Part shown: positions 53,502-64,000 of the stretch, piece after piece
Layout: every line of letters starts with the position of its first letter
Numbering within the stretch: position 1 is the first letter of the stretch
Assembly (NCBI RefSeq): GCF_000150275.1
Contig: NW_002060976.1
Coordinates: 377,626 to 441,625, forward strand
DNA from: Trichoplax adhaerens
Lineage: Eukaryota; Animalia; Placozoa
Reading direction: 5' to 3'
DNA length: 64,000 nucleotides
The notes under the pieces: generated by a model
What the model was told of the DNA's origin: nothing
The model's input: only the letters and a program-made list of their open reading frames with translations
Database searches by the model: none
Position numbers and translations under genes: made by a program

Positions 53502-56500
53502 CTTTTCCTGCACTCAATTCAATAGTATGTGAGTTAAAGACTTGAACGACAGGTTAGAGACAAATAAGATTCAAATCAAGCTTCGTTGCAACCATTAATG
53601 ACTAATCATCGGATCGATATTATCTCCATGTATTAATGAGATTATGTCGAAATGGTTGTACTTGCGTGTTAGTCGTAGTTCAACAGAACAACATCAATTA
53701 TTCCATTATAGACAATTTTCAAGCATCAATAAATCAACTTCTACAATGTCGTCTATTAATTCCGCATGGAAGATTATCCGAAAATCAATCTCTGTAGATA
53801 ATTACTGAAGGCAACGCTATCGAACAATCGTGTGCTTACGTGTACATTAACAAAATGCATTCCAGCTTACAAATAGATTATACTCATAATCATAATAACC
53901 ATCAAATAACAATCTTTTTATTCTAATAGACAACAGCAAATAAATGCTAGCTACATCAATGATAGTGTAAAATAAGAGAGGATGCTTGCAATATAGTTTC
54001 GTTGGCGTCGTTTACCTATCTTTAATTTCTATTTTTACTTGAAATACAATGTATAATGATGGATACCTAACGAAATAGGTTACTTACCAATGGATGTTTT
54101 AAAAATCGGCTAATAACAACTTGATGATTTTGCTGTAACGTAGATTTAATCCTACCAATCCGACTGCGCGCTGCTTTTTGCAACAGGGGCTAATGGATAA
54201 AAAGAGAAGGACAGGTGACATAAAACTCTACTCGGCTAAACAGCTCTATCCAACTACATATACGCTAAATACACGCACTGATCAGCACATCTAAATACTA
54301 CAGTGTATCAGCGATTACAGACTACTAACTCATTGGTTATTTCCTAACTATAAAAACTCCTTGCAAAGTCCTGCACGAGGAAGGGCTCTATTGATAACCA
54401 TGAAGCTTGCTTGCTAGAAATCCCAGTTAAACCTGCGGCTATGACACGCTTTTATTCGTAAGTAGTCCCTATGTGGATGATGCGATAGCCGACGGATAAA
54501 GGTAAATAAATAAAATGAAGGTAAGGTAAATAAATAAAATGAAGGTAAGGTAAATAAATAAATTAGGTTTCTTTGCAATGATTTGTGCATAGTCATAAGA
54601 CCTTATGAAATTAGAACAGCTCTAATTTGTATTAGTTTATTAAATACGAGTTTAAGATTAACCTACGAGTATCTTCCCTACCGAATTTCTTATATCTTGT
54701 TAGCTTAGTAAGCCGTCAATCATGTTATTTGCAAAAGTTTGATGCCAATGAACTATTGCATGGGTAGATACAAGTTACCAACAAAATATCGTTCTCTCTA
54801 AATAAGGATAGTTGACATATTATCCTTATCCATTTTCTTCTATTACAGTCTATCAATAAAACTATCATTTTATCAACAATTTAATTGCAGTCTACCATAC
54901 GCTATTTATTGTCGTGGCTCCGCAGTCTGTGTTCATTGCAATTCAATTTGATAATGAGCTTGTTACTGCCATATAAAACTCTCAAATTATCAACTATGAA
55001 ATTCATCAAGTAATAACTTAAAGGGGCGACTGTTCAGGATAGGTTACTGATAGTAAACTGCGAGAAAGAATAGCGATGAATATTATATAACATAGAGACA
55101 TAGAGAAATGATAGCAGTCTATTTCAATATACATCATTGACATTATCCGATCCATTGAATCTACTGTAGCTCAACAAAGAATACCATAAATTTAATAAAA
55201 GATATTGCTTGTAACAAATATTATCATTTTGTATACAACGTTCGTAGTCCGATGATGAATTAATGATAAACATTTGCATGGTCAAATTGTAAGCCATACT
55301 AATAAAGATTGTACAATCGCAATCATGAATTTTTTAGACTAACCAGATACATCAACAACGGATTACAACATTGGATATGCAATAAAACGGATTAATCACT
55401 TGACTGATCAGCAGTAGCATATTCTACTTTAATTGGCAACAGGCATCCAATACAGGCATTGCAGTACAACAAGGCACCATCCTCTCAGCACTTACGCTCG
55501 CTGCATTCTCGCGCCAAAGAAGCTTCTTAGTCAACAAGTTCAGCTTCAATCCATGCTCACAGAACTCATTCTCAAGGATAGGTAATCATTTCTACGAGCA
55601 TAACTCAACAGTTTTCAACAAACAAGAAGTATTTTATGATCGGAATAGAGTAAAGTAAGATCAAATTAAAATCTTCTGACAGAATTGGCGTGAGTACTGT
55701 TTGGCCTGATTGCAAATTGCATGCTATCGATACAAGATGTAACCCTTCATACATACTGGAAGTACTGCAATCCATAGCAATTCCATATGATTACTACCTT
55801 AATTTTATTCAATAATTAACAATCAATAAATTGTTAATATACACCATTTAAAGAAAATTTTTAGTATACTTTTATAAACTGTTTGACAAATGACAGTAAA
55901 AAATCAACGGAATACAGTAGCGCATGATGAAGATGATATCAAGCGATTCAGCAAGATGGCTTAGTTATTGGACTCATCATCGATGATGATCGCCAATAAA
56001 ACAGTGGCCAACAGTAATTTCTGCCATCGGAAGAACAATCTTCATATTAATTCAAGGAGGCTAAAAGATGCAACATTAAAAGAAACGAATCATCTACGCT
56101 TATTTCTCGTATGCACTAATTTACGCTACTTTAACATTGATGCCCAAGGCACGCTAATGTTGGCTTCAGACAATAGAGCTAAAATGGACATGGTTGGTAC
56201 TTTCATCAACTACATGGAGGAGAATTACCAAGTCTATGCTATACGTGCATGCTCACAAATTATTCCTAGTCAAAATAATATACCAATCTCAGCTCTAAAA
56301 ATGCTGCACAGTGCAAAATGGAACAGAGAATTTGGACAGTCTCCACGCTGTACTACGTTATTTTAAGTAAACTTACTTCTTAAAGCTTCCTAAACTGTTT
56401 CTACATGAAGTTGATACCAATGCAATAAGTTCAAAACCAATATTGAGCGGTTAACTGGTAACATCAGGGTAATTTGCTCAACTCTGGTTAAAACAGGTCA

Positions 56501-58738
56501 TGACATTTTACAGGTGCACTAGCTGTACTACCATCTTATACCAAGTACTAACTCGTCTAAAATAATCAAGACAGGAGCATTCTCGTGGAAGCTGATATGC
56601 TATCGAAACTGCGATTTGATGCAGTACACTAATGTATTCTAGCTTATAAACTGTCCGTTTACTGTACAAGACTAATCAATTTCTCCATGAGGAGTACTAG
56701 AGTAGCTTCTCAAACTTGGGTAATAGCAACAAAGGTTGTACCCGCTCCATGAGCAGTGGCGCTCGACGATTACAGGAAAGGTACCGATGGTGCAATTTTA
56801 AACGAACCATAGACGGATTCTACTTGATTTTATTCATTTGATCTTCCATTGACTCCAATTATTCAAGAGTCTTTTACTCGTTTTAGCTCATACTGTCTTG
56901 ATGAAATGTCGTACAAATTGGCAGGACAAGCCTGGAGCGAGATGGAAAGATCAAATACAGTAAAGCAATTTCGTCTTAATTTCGTACTTCGTAGCAATCA
57001 TGACTAGAAGCTATTCACACTCGATAACTGGCAATTAACTAGCTCTTCTTACAATTCATTATAGCAAACGATTTCTTTTTTCTCAGAATCTTTATAACTT
57101 TCATAAAGTAGGTTAATTTTACCGTCTGAAACAACGTCACTTTGCATAAAATAGTACAGCATTAACAAGTTTAACTCACGATTAGTACAAGCAAAAATGA
57201 ATAGAAACCGTAATTAACAAACGCTTTAGAATACTTTACAATTATAAATGTTTTATCTTTCACCAGCAATTTATAAGTGCTCCATAAGTATTTAAAGTAA
57301 ATTTATGATGCTTATCATATTGTCATTTCGTTGTGTACAGGAATAAAATGTTAAAAACTTAATTTTTACATCAGCAGACTCTTACACAAAACGTGATTGT
57401 GATGGCGAAGCTAAAAGATTGAAATCAATCACATTGAGCATTGCTAATATTGTCCATTAAATTGTTGGTTTATTTCAACCAAGGCAAAATAAAACATTAT
57501 TTTCTTATAATGCTATTTATTTTGATCATGAAAAAAAGCAAATAAGCACAAATAGACCATCAATAAATTAGAAGCAAGATATGTATGACGTAAGTATGTA
57601 AGTATGACGTTGTTTTAGTTACTTGCCAACCGGATAGAAAAGGTTATTTTTATCATTTTACACCATCCAGTATTTATATTTTCTAGCTTGACTACTCGAG
57701 CATTTGATAAAGAGTTTACTACATTTTTAATCTCAATAGAGTACAGTATTGAGTTATAAGAGCTCAATTAAGCAATTATAGGCTCAGAAATTAAGTCTCT
57801 TGATTTATGATAATTGCTTATGATTTTATTTATTTAAGTAATTTTATTATGTTGCTATTGATGACAATACAGTATGACAGAATACGAGAAGTATTTTTTT
57901 CAGTAGAAAAAGTAAGTCATGGATATTGCAACCAAACTTAGCTAACTAATGCTATTGGTAATAAACAATGAAATTTTTATATTGCTTTTATCAAAGTTAG
58001 GAGTAGCAGTAGCATAATTAATACGTGTGTTACAATTCAGAATAGTTAATATCACTAGAAGTAAAATAGAGTAGATAAGATTTTATAAATTTACGGTACG
58101 TTTATACTTCAAAATGAGCGATCTTGTAGGCACAACTTAACGCTATCAATAACAACATAAATATCTTCCAACTACCCTATTGAAAAATCAAAAATCATAT
58201 TTCAATGTAATAAAGATAAATTAATCACAAAAATTCTAAGCTTGATCAGTTAATTCAATACGTACTGCTTAATGTCAAATTTAATTCAGTATTTATATAC
58301 ATGTTAAATGTTATTTATATACATGTTAAATGTTCGATCTTTAAATGAGCTCTATTTTTAAGTGCACGCAAATACAGGAGCTGTAAAGTTGGGATTACTT
58401 TGATCGATGCAACAGATTCTATCAATTGACTAGCGATAGAGCAATTTTAGCTATCACAGGCCCTTTACAGCTAAAGTTTCGGAAAAAGCTGTACTTTCTA
58501 AATTACGAAAAAGCTATATTATTAATTACCGGTACTCGTTCTGTGCGTAATAAGCTGAAATACCAACTATTGATTTAGTTGAGTACAGTATAACAAAACT
58601 GTAAATTGAAAATCTAATTTCATTATATAGTTGATGTACTATTCTCTACTCTGATCGTTTTATTGTTATTTCTACTCGAAAGTGGGATAATCATGTATCA
58701 CATCGTTAAGTTTTAATCGTTAGGTCTATTCGTAAACT

Positions 58739-60659
58739 TTAATGCTTACCACTATGGACGTTTTCCACTGTTATTTTCCAATATGTTAAAGCATTGCAAA
58801 ACTCATCAAAGGCTCTATCGTCACGCTCAGGCAGAATATCCAATAAAGTCCAAACTTTTCTGTAAAACAGAATTAAATAATTACGATAACTGCTCTCCGA
58901 CTACAAAATTTATTCTTGCAGTAAATAAACAAACTATTAATTTAGCCTGCCATTGCATATTAGATAGAATACTGTTTAACAGTTACTGAACATGTACTAT
59001 ATAAAAATTCCTTACTCAAAAGCCGTCAATTTAGATTCGATTGTTTGTTTGTGGAATGATGTTAATATACTCGCTCCAAGTAAATATTCACATATCGGTG
59101 AGATTTGATCCTGACATTTTTCAGCAAGTAACATTCGATTGGCTGTTAGGATTTCACGATGTTCTTGAGTCATTGATCCTGAGGACGTTTTGGGTAATTG
59201 AGGTAATTGGGTTTTTAGTAATTGCTCTTAATCATATTTGAATCAATCTAAAATTGAATTACTAAATGCAATTGAGAATGATTGATAGATATCAATTCAA
59301 TAGAGGTTACCTTTATCTTGNNNNNNNNNNNNNNNNNNNNNNNNNNNNNNNNNNNNNNNNNNNNNNNNNNGCGAGGGCCAATAAACATGCCTCGTATTAA
59401 ACGATTAAAGCAATGGCCATGTTTTAATGCTTTGCTATATGCATTGTAATATTTCTTTTCTTGCAAAGCTGTAGAACAACAAAATGCAGAATAGGGTTAC
59501 GGTTATCCATCGCTCTCTCGTCTACTACTGTATTAAAACTCTACTTACGTTTCTCTTGTACGTGTTGGTTGTTATGGCTGCCGTCGATCGTATTTGCTGG
59601 CGCTATATCGTTGTTGGTTTGATTCAGTTGAAACCGTTCAAGGATACTTTTGATCCAATTTCTCGCTATTGATGTCGGCGATTTCTGCTGCCGGAGAACG
59701 ATTTCGATATTCTTTTTGGTCATTGTAACTAGGCCATCATTTCCGCTTAAGGTTGCGATATACAGTGACTTCTTAAAGTTATCCAGAGCCTGATCGATCT
59801 TGCCTTGGTGACTATAGACAACTCCTATGTTGTTATATGAGTTGGCAACATCAGGGTGATTGTGACCAAGGACTGACAATCGAATTTGCAGTGACTTGTC
59901 ATGCATATCCATAGCCTGATCGATCTTGGCTTGGTCAAGATAGACACATCCTATGCTGTGATATGACCACGCAACATCAGGATGATTGTGACCAAGGACT
60001 GACAATCGAATTTGCAGTGACTTGTTATACATCTCCACAGCCTGATCGTACTTGCCTTGGTCATGATAGACAACTCCTATGTTGTGATATGACTGCGCAA
60101 CATCGGGATGATTGTGACCAAGGACTGACAATCGAATTTGCAGTGACTTGTCATGCATCTCCATAGCCTGATCGTACTGGCACAAGTTCCAGTAGACGCG
60201 CCCAATTTGATGATAACTATCGGCAAGACGAGTATCCTTTTCGTCTAACCATTTTAATTTCATTTTCAACGATTTCTTACCGTCTTGCAGTGCTCCGTTG
60301 TAATCCCCCTGGCGTCTCTTAATCTCGCTTTTTCTTAGTAAACATTGAGCCATGCGCACTTTATCTTGCAGTTTAGTAGCCACAGTTTGTCCCTTTTCAC
60401 TCCAATCAACAGCTTCCTTGAATTGATATTGTAAAGTGTAAATGTCACAAAGACCAAGATAAATATCGCATGCAAGTCGATCAATATCCGCACTAGGATT
60501 CGACAACGAAGCAATCGCATCGACAGCTTGTGTATAACAAGATAGTCCGTCCACCAACTGGAAGGCAGCCTTGTACGAGTTGCCCTTTTCGTACAGTGAT
60601 TGTATACGGGTATGGTGAGGAAGCCCACTCGTGGAAGAGACAGATTCATCATCAGCCAT
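58739..60659 (-). CDS. ROCO protein copy 2: TPR - [ROC-COR, mostly in assembly gap] - CARD
   Basis: TPR exon 59549-60659. The ROC exon starts at 59468 (GMFIGPR) and runs into the N gap; the microexon end (QDK|gt) is at 59311-59320. CARD exons 59016-59178 (MTQEHREILTANRMLLAEK...ICEYLLGASILT...) and 58750-58859 (KVWTLLDILPERDDRAFDEFCNAL) splice in phase. It ends at read-through TAA 58739 or at a further exon. Confidence 0.75.
59321..59370. other. Assembly gap (50-N placeholder)
   Basis: The flanks match copy-1 positions ~49710 and ~52088, so roughly 2.4 kb of ROC-COR sequence is unrepresented. Confidence 0.95.
59755..60235 (-). repeat. Coding tandem repeat: four 126-bp TPR units in ROCO copy 2
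   Basis: Same invariant block as copy 1, with one unit fewer. Confidence 0.95.
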
Positions 60660-60793
60660 CTTTTCCTGCACTCAATTCAATAGTATGTTAGTTAAAGACT
60701 TGAACGACAGGTTAGAGACAAATAAGATTGAAATCAAGCTTCGTTGCAACCATTCATGACTAATCATCGGATCGATATTATCTCTCTGCATTA

Positions 60794-61312
60794 ATGAGGT
60801 CATGTCGGAATGGTTGTACTTGCGTGCTAGTCGTAGTTCAACACAACAACATCAATTATTCCATTATAGACAATTTTCAAGCATCAACAAATCAACTTCT
60901 ACAATATCGTCTATCAATTTCGCATGGAAGATTATCCGAAAATCATTCAATCAATCTCTGTAGCTGATTACTGAAGACAACGCTATCGAACAATCGTGTG
61001 CTGGCATCAATCAATACCAAACTAAATCCAAGGAGTAGACTAATTTACGTGATGAGGTTATGTCGGAATGGTTGTATGTGCGTGCCAGTCGTAGTTTAAA
61101 CACAACAACATCAATTATTCCATTATAGACAATTTTCAAGCATCAATAAATCAACTTTTACAATGTCGCTATCCATTCCGCATGGAAGATTATCCGAAAA
61201 TTATTCAATCAATCTCTGTGGGTGATTACTGAAGATAACGCTATCGAACAATCGTGTGCTGGCATCAAAATCAATACCAAACTAAATCCAAGGAGTAGAC
61301 TAATTTACGTGT
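60794..61312. repeat. 258-bp tandem duplication upstream of ROCO copy 2 (single in copy 1)
   Basis: atgaggt.atgtcggaatggttgta at 60794 and 61052; one homologue at ~53636. Confidence 0.9.
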
Positions 61313-63023
61313 ACATTAACAAAATTCTCTCCAGCTTACAAATACATTATACTCATAATCATAATGACCATCAAACAACGATCGTTTTACTCTAATAGAT
61401 AATGGCAAAATGCATGCTAGCCACATCAATGATAGTGCAAAATAAGAAAGGATGCTTATAATATAGTTTCGTTGGCGTCGTTTACCTATCTTTCATTTCT
61501 ATTTTTACTTGAAATACAATGTATAAGGATGGATACCCAAACGGAATAGGTCACTTACCAATAGATGTTTTAAAAATCGGCTAATAACAACTTGATGATT
61601 TTGCTGTGACGTCGATTTAATTCTATCAATCCGACTGCGCGCTGCTTATTGCAAATAGGAGCAAGTGGATAAAAAGAGAATCGACAGGTGACATAAAACT
61701 CTACTCGGCTAAACAGCTCTATCCCACTGCATATACACTAAATACACGCTTTGATTACAGCGATTACAGACTACTAACTCATTGGTTATTTCGTACCTAT
61801 AAGTAGTCCTTGCAAAGTCCTGCATGAGGAAGGGCACTATTGATAACCATGAAGCTTGCTTGGCTAGAAATCCCAGTTGAACCTGCGGCCATGCCGCGCT
61901 TTTACTCTTTAGTCTCATGTGGATGATGTAATAGCCGACGGATAAAGGTTGCTATAGTAACTGCGCCATTAAGTTAGGGTTTTATTAATTAACTTATGCT
62001 TTGCTAGGTCTTCTATATTATATTGCTGTACCGCGTACAGGTAGTCCTTTCTTTAGTATATAGTTTATATCGCTATATTATGATCTTATGGTGACGCCTA
62101 AATTAAACTACTTAATTCAATCTATTGACGAAAAATTGAATGTATACTCAAAGCTCTCGAGGCTGACCATTGACTGAACTACTGACCTTTAAATTTCTAC
62201 ATTATCCATGATGGACACTTGTTGATTACTTAAGTATGTGGGCTCTCTCTGCATAAGGTAGATGCACCGTAAGTGTCCACCAAAATGGGTAATAGCCTTA
62301 AATATCCTTTAATTGTAACTCTGAATTATTAATATATACGTTAAAATACCTATACAGAACAGAAAAAAGATACTAAAGTTCATATACAATCATCTTAGCA
62401 GGATTCTATAAAATGCCTTTAGAAGGTGTATTTGCATAAACCTTGTTATGAGCTGCGGTTCTCGTTTGCAAAAATTAATTTAAGGACATATTTCTACTAT
62501 CGTATTTTTGTTGATAAGAAATATTCTTCATTCTGTTCTATTCAGTCTTGGTAACCCTAAAATCCTAATCAAAAACTAAATATCCGTGCCAATCAATTAT
62601 TGTAATACCGCTACTTTATGTAGCATATGAATATAATGCACTTTATTCCTATACGATTTTTTAGTGGGTTACTTCTCATTCTACCTTCGACTCGAATCAT
62701 GTCCCAAACCGTAAAGTGAGACAACTAAATATTGGTAAAGGGCTACAATTAGAGGTAAATTTATGTTATTTTTAAATAAAATTAGGTTTCTTTGCAATGA
62801 CTTATACATAGTCATAAGACCTTATGAAATTAAAACAGCTCTAATTTGTATTAGTTTATTAAACACGAGTTTAAGATTAACCTACGAGTATCTTCCCTAC
62901 CGAATTTCTATGTCTTGTTAGCTTAGTAAGCCGTCAATCATGCTTATAATGTTGTCATTTCGTTGTGGACAGGAATAAAATGTTAAAAACTTAATAATTT
63001 TCACATCAGCAGATTCTACACAA

Positions 63024-63073
63024 NNNNNNNNNNNNNNNNNNNNNNNNNNNNNNNNNNNNNNNNNNNNNNNNNN
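63024..63073. other. Assembly gap (50-N placeholder)
   Basis: N run whose flanks match ~57390 and ~57478. Confidence 0.95.
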
Positions 63074-63203
63074 ATCAAGGCAAAACAAAACATTATTTTC
63101 TTATAACGCTAATTATTTTGATCTTAAAAAAATGCAAATGAGCACAAATAGACCATCAATAAATTAGTATCTACACTATAGTAAACAAAAGAAGATTAGT
63201 CCT

Positions 63204-63882
63204 CTAGGAATTTTGTTCGTTTGGGATAATAATATCATTTCTGTCAATCGTTTCCAAAGCGTTCCGCAATAGATTAAGAGTAGCATTTGGGTATTTCCTT
63301 CTGTACCACTGATTAAGCGATTGGATGGCACTGTTATAGGCATGACCACGATGTTTTGCTTCGATAACCTCAGTATCAATTGTTGGATCTAGGACTGTAG
63401 CTAATTTTGTCCAGTCTACACCAACACAACTAGCGATCAAGTGAAAATAGTTTCTAGGATCTATAAGGCACGAATGAATATATTACCACATACGTCATCT
63501 TAAAATTACAAATTGAAATTATCTTATCATGGACTAGCCGAACCCGCATACTCAGCTGTGTGCTATCAATGTGACTCAATAATTTAAGGAAGTACCACAT
63601 GATTTAAATGTGGATACATTTGTATTAATTTAACCTAATTCATTTTACTTATTGTTGGATACTCGCAAGTAAAGTAGTGGAGTAGTAGCTTATATGTTCT
63701 AATTATAATCTGAAATATTCGTTGCTATTCTAATTAGCTAGCAGAGCTTTGTGAGATAATATCACACATAATAATTACTTCTAGTTACTATTATAATTAA
63801 ATGGGCAAATTAATTACTATAATTATGAATAGAAAACGATTTCATTGACACTTACCGTCATCTCTCACATCTATCCATCGCT
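63204..63882 (-). CDS. 3' end of a third probable ROCO gene: microexon + Death domain (rest lies beyond the window)
   Basis: 27-nt microexon 63856-63882 (ERWIDVRDD, cctttag/gtaagt), homologous to DRWKDTKDE of copy 1. Phase-1 exon 63204-63460 encodes a Death domain (IASCVGVDWTKLATVL...LNQWYRRK..ATLNLLRNALETIDRNDII). Confidence 0.75.
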
Positions 63883-64000
63883 CTAAAGGAATGAAATAAA
63901 GAAGAGGAATAATAAATTGGCAGTTCTATGGTAGTTGAATTGAAGCAAATAGTAAAAGTTATGCACAGTAAAATGAAAAGTACACCTAGAAACGGTTTAC

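Larger units (their letters stand above)
49606..63167. repeat. Segmental tandem duplication underlying the ROCO array
   Basis: 49606-54505 matches 59216-61950 (across the gap), 54560-54724 matches 62776-62942, and 57308-57571 matches 62940-63167. Confidence 0.9.

Noticed and set aside
52140-53513. TPR ORF as a stand-alone kinesin light chain / nephrocystin-3-like gene
   Set aside because: A canonical 80-nt phase-1 intron (52185-52264), conserved in copy 2, fuses it to the ROC exon. There is no KLC heptad region.
57049-57125. Candidate terminal exon of ROCO copy 2 (DGKINLLYESYKDSEKKEIVCYNEL*)
   Set aside because: It is phase-compatible but lies beyond the 3' flank shared with copy 3 and inside the indel block. 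It has no homology support.
52607-60652. ORFs 52607-52882, 53198-53494, 59963-60166 and 60335-60652
   Set aside because: They are alternative-frame or antisense shadows of the TPR exons, repeated only because the DNA is duplicated.

Overview
This is AT-rich eukaryotic (animal) genomic DNA with short GT-AG introns. Gene content and style suggest a placozoan such as Trichoplax, but that is inference. From left to right: (1) a minus-strand tandem cluster of four intronless class A GPCRs, three intact and one frameshifted, with a trypsin-family protease relic between them; (2) an 8-exon secreted astacin + LamG-like gene with a non-canonical Met-turn; (3) a 2-exon SAM-domain sphingomyelin-synthase-related gene (SAMD8/SMSr) behind a repeat-rich, CRE-rich upstream region; (4) a 15-exon ALG1 gene that the ORF track misses entirely; (5) a minus-strand tandem array of at least three ROCO-type genes. 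The array is the main finding. Copy 1 is TPR-ROC-COR-Death. Copy 2 is TPR-[ROC-COR hidden in an assembly gap]-CARD. Copy 3 (3' end only) ends in a divergent Death domain. A homologous 27-nt phase-1 microexon precedes the death-fold exons (complete in copies 1 and 3, only its 3' end visible in copy 2). The 126-bp TPR units are nearly identical in DNA except at a few hypervariable codons. Together this looks like an NLR-like, GTPase-switched immune-receptor locus with swappable effector domains. All exon models were spliced by hand and have no transcript support.
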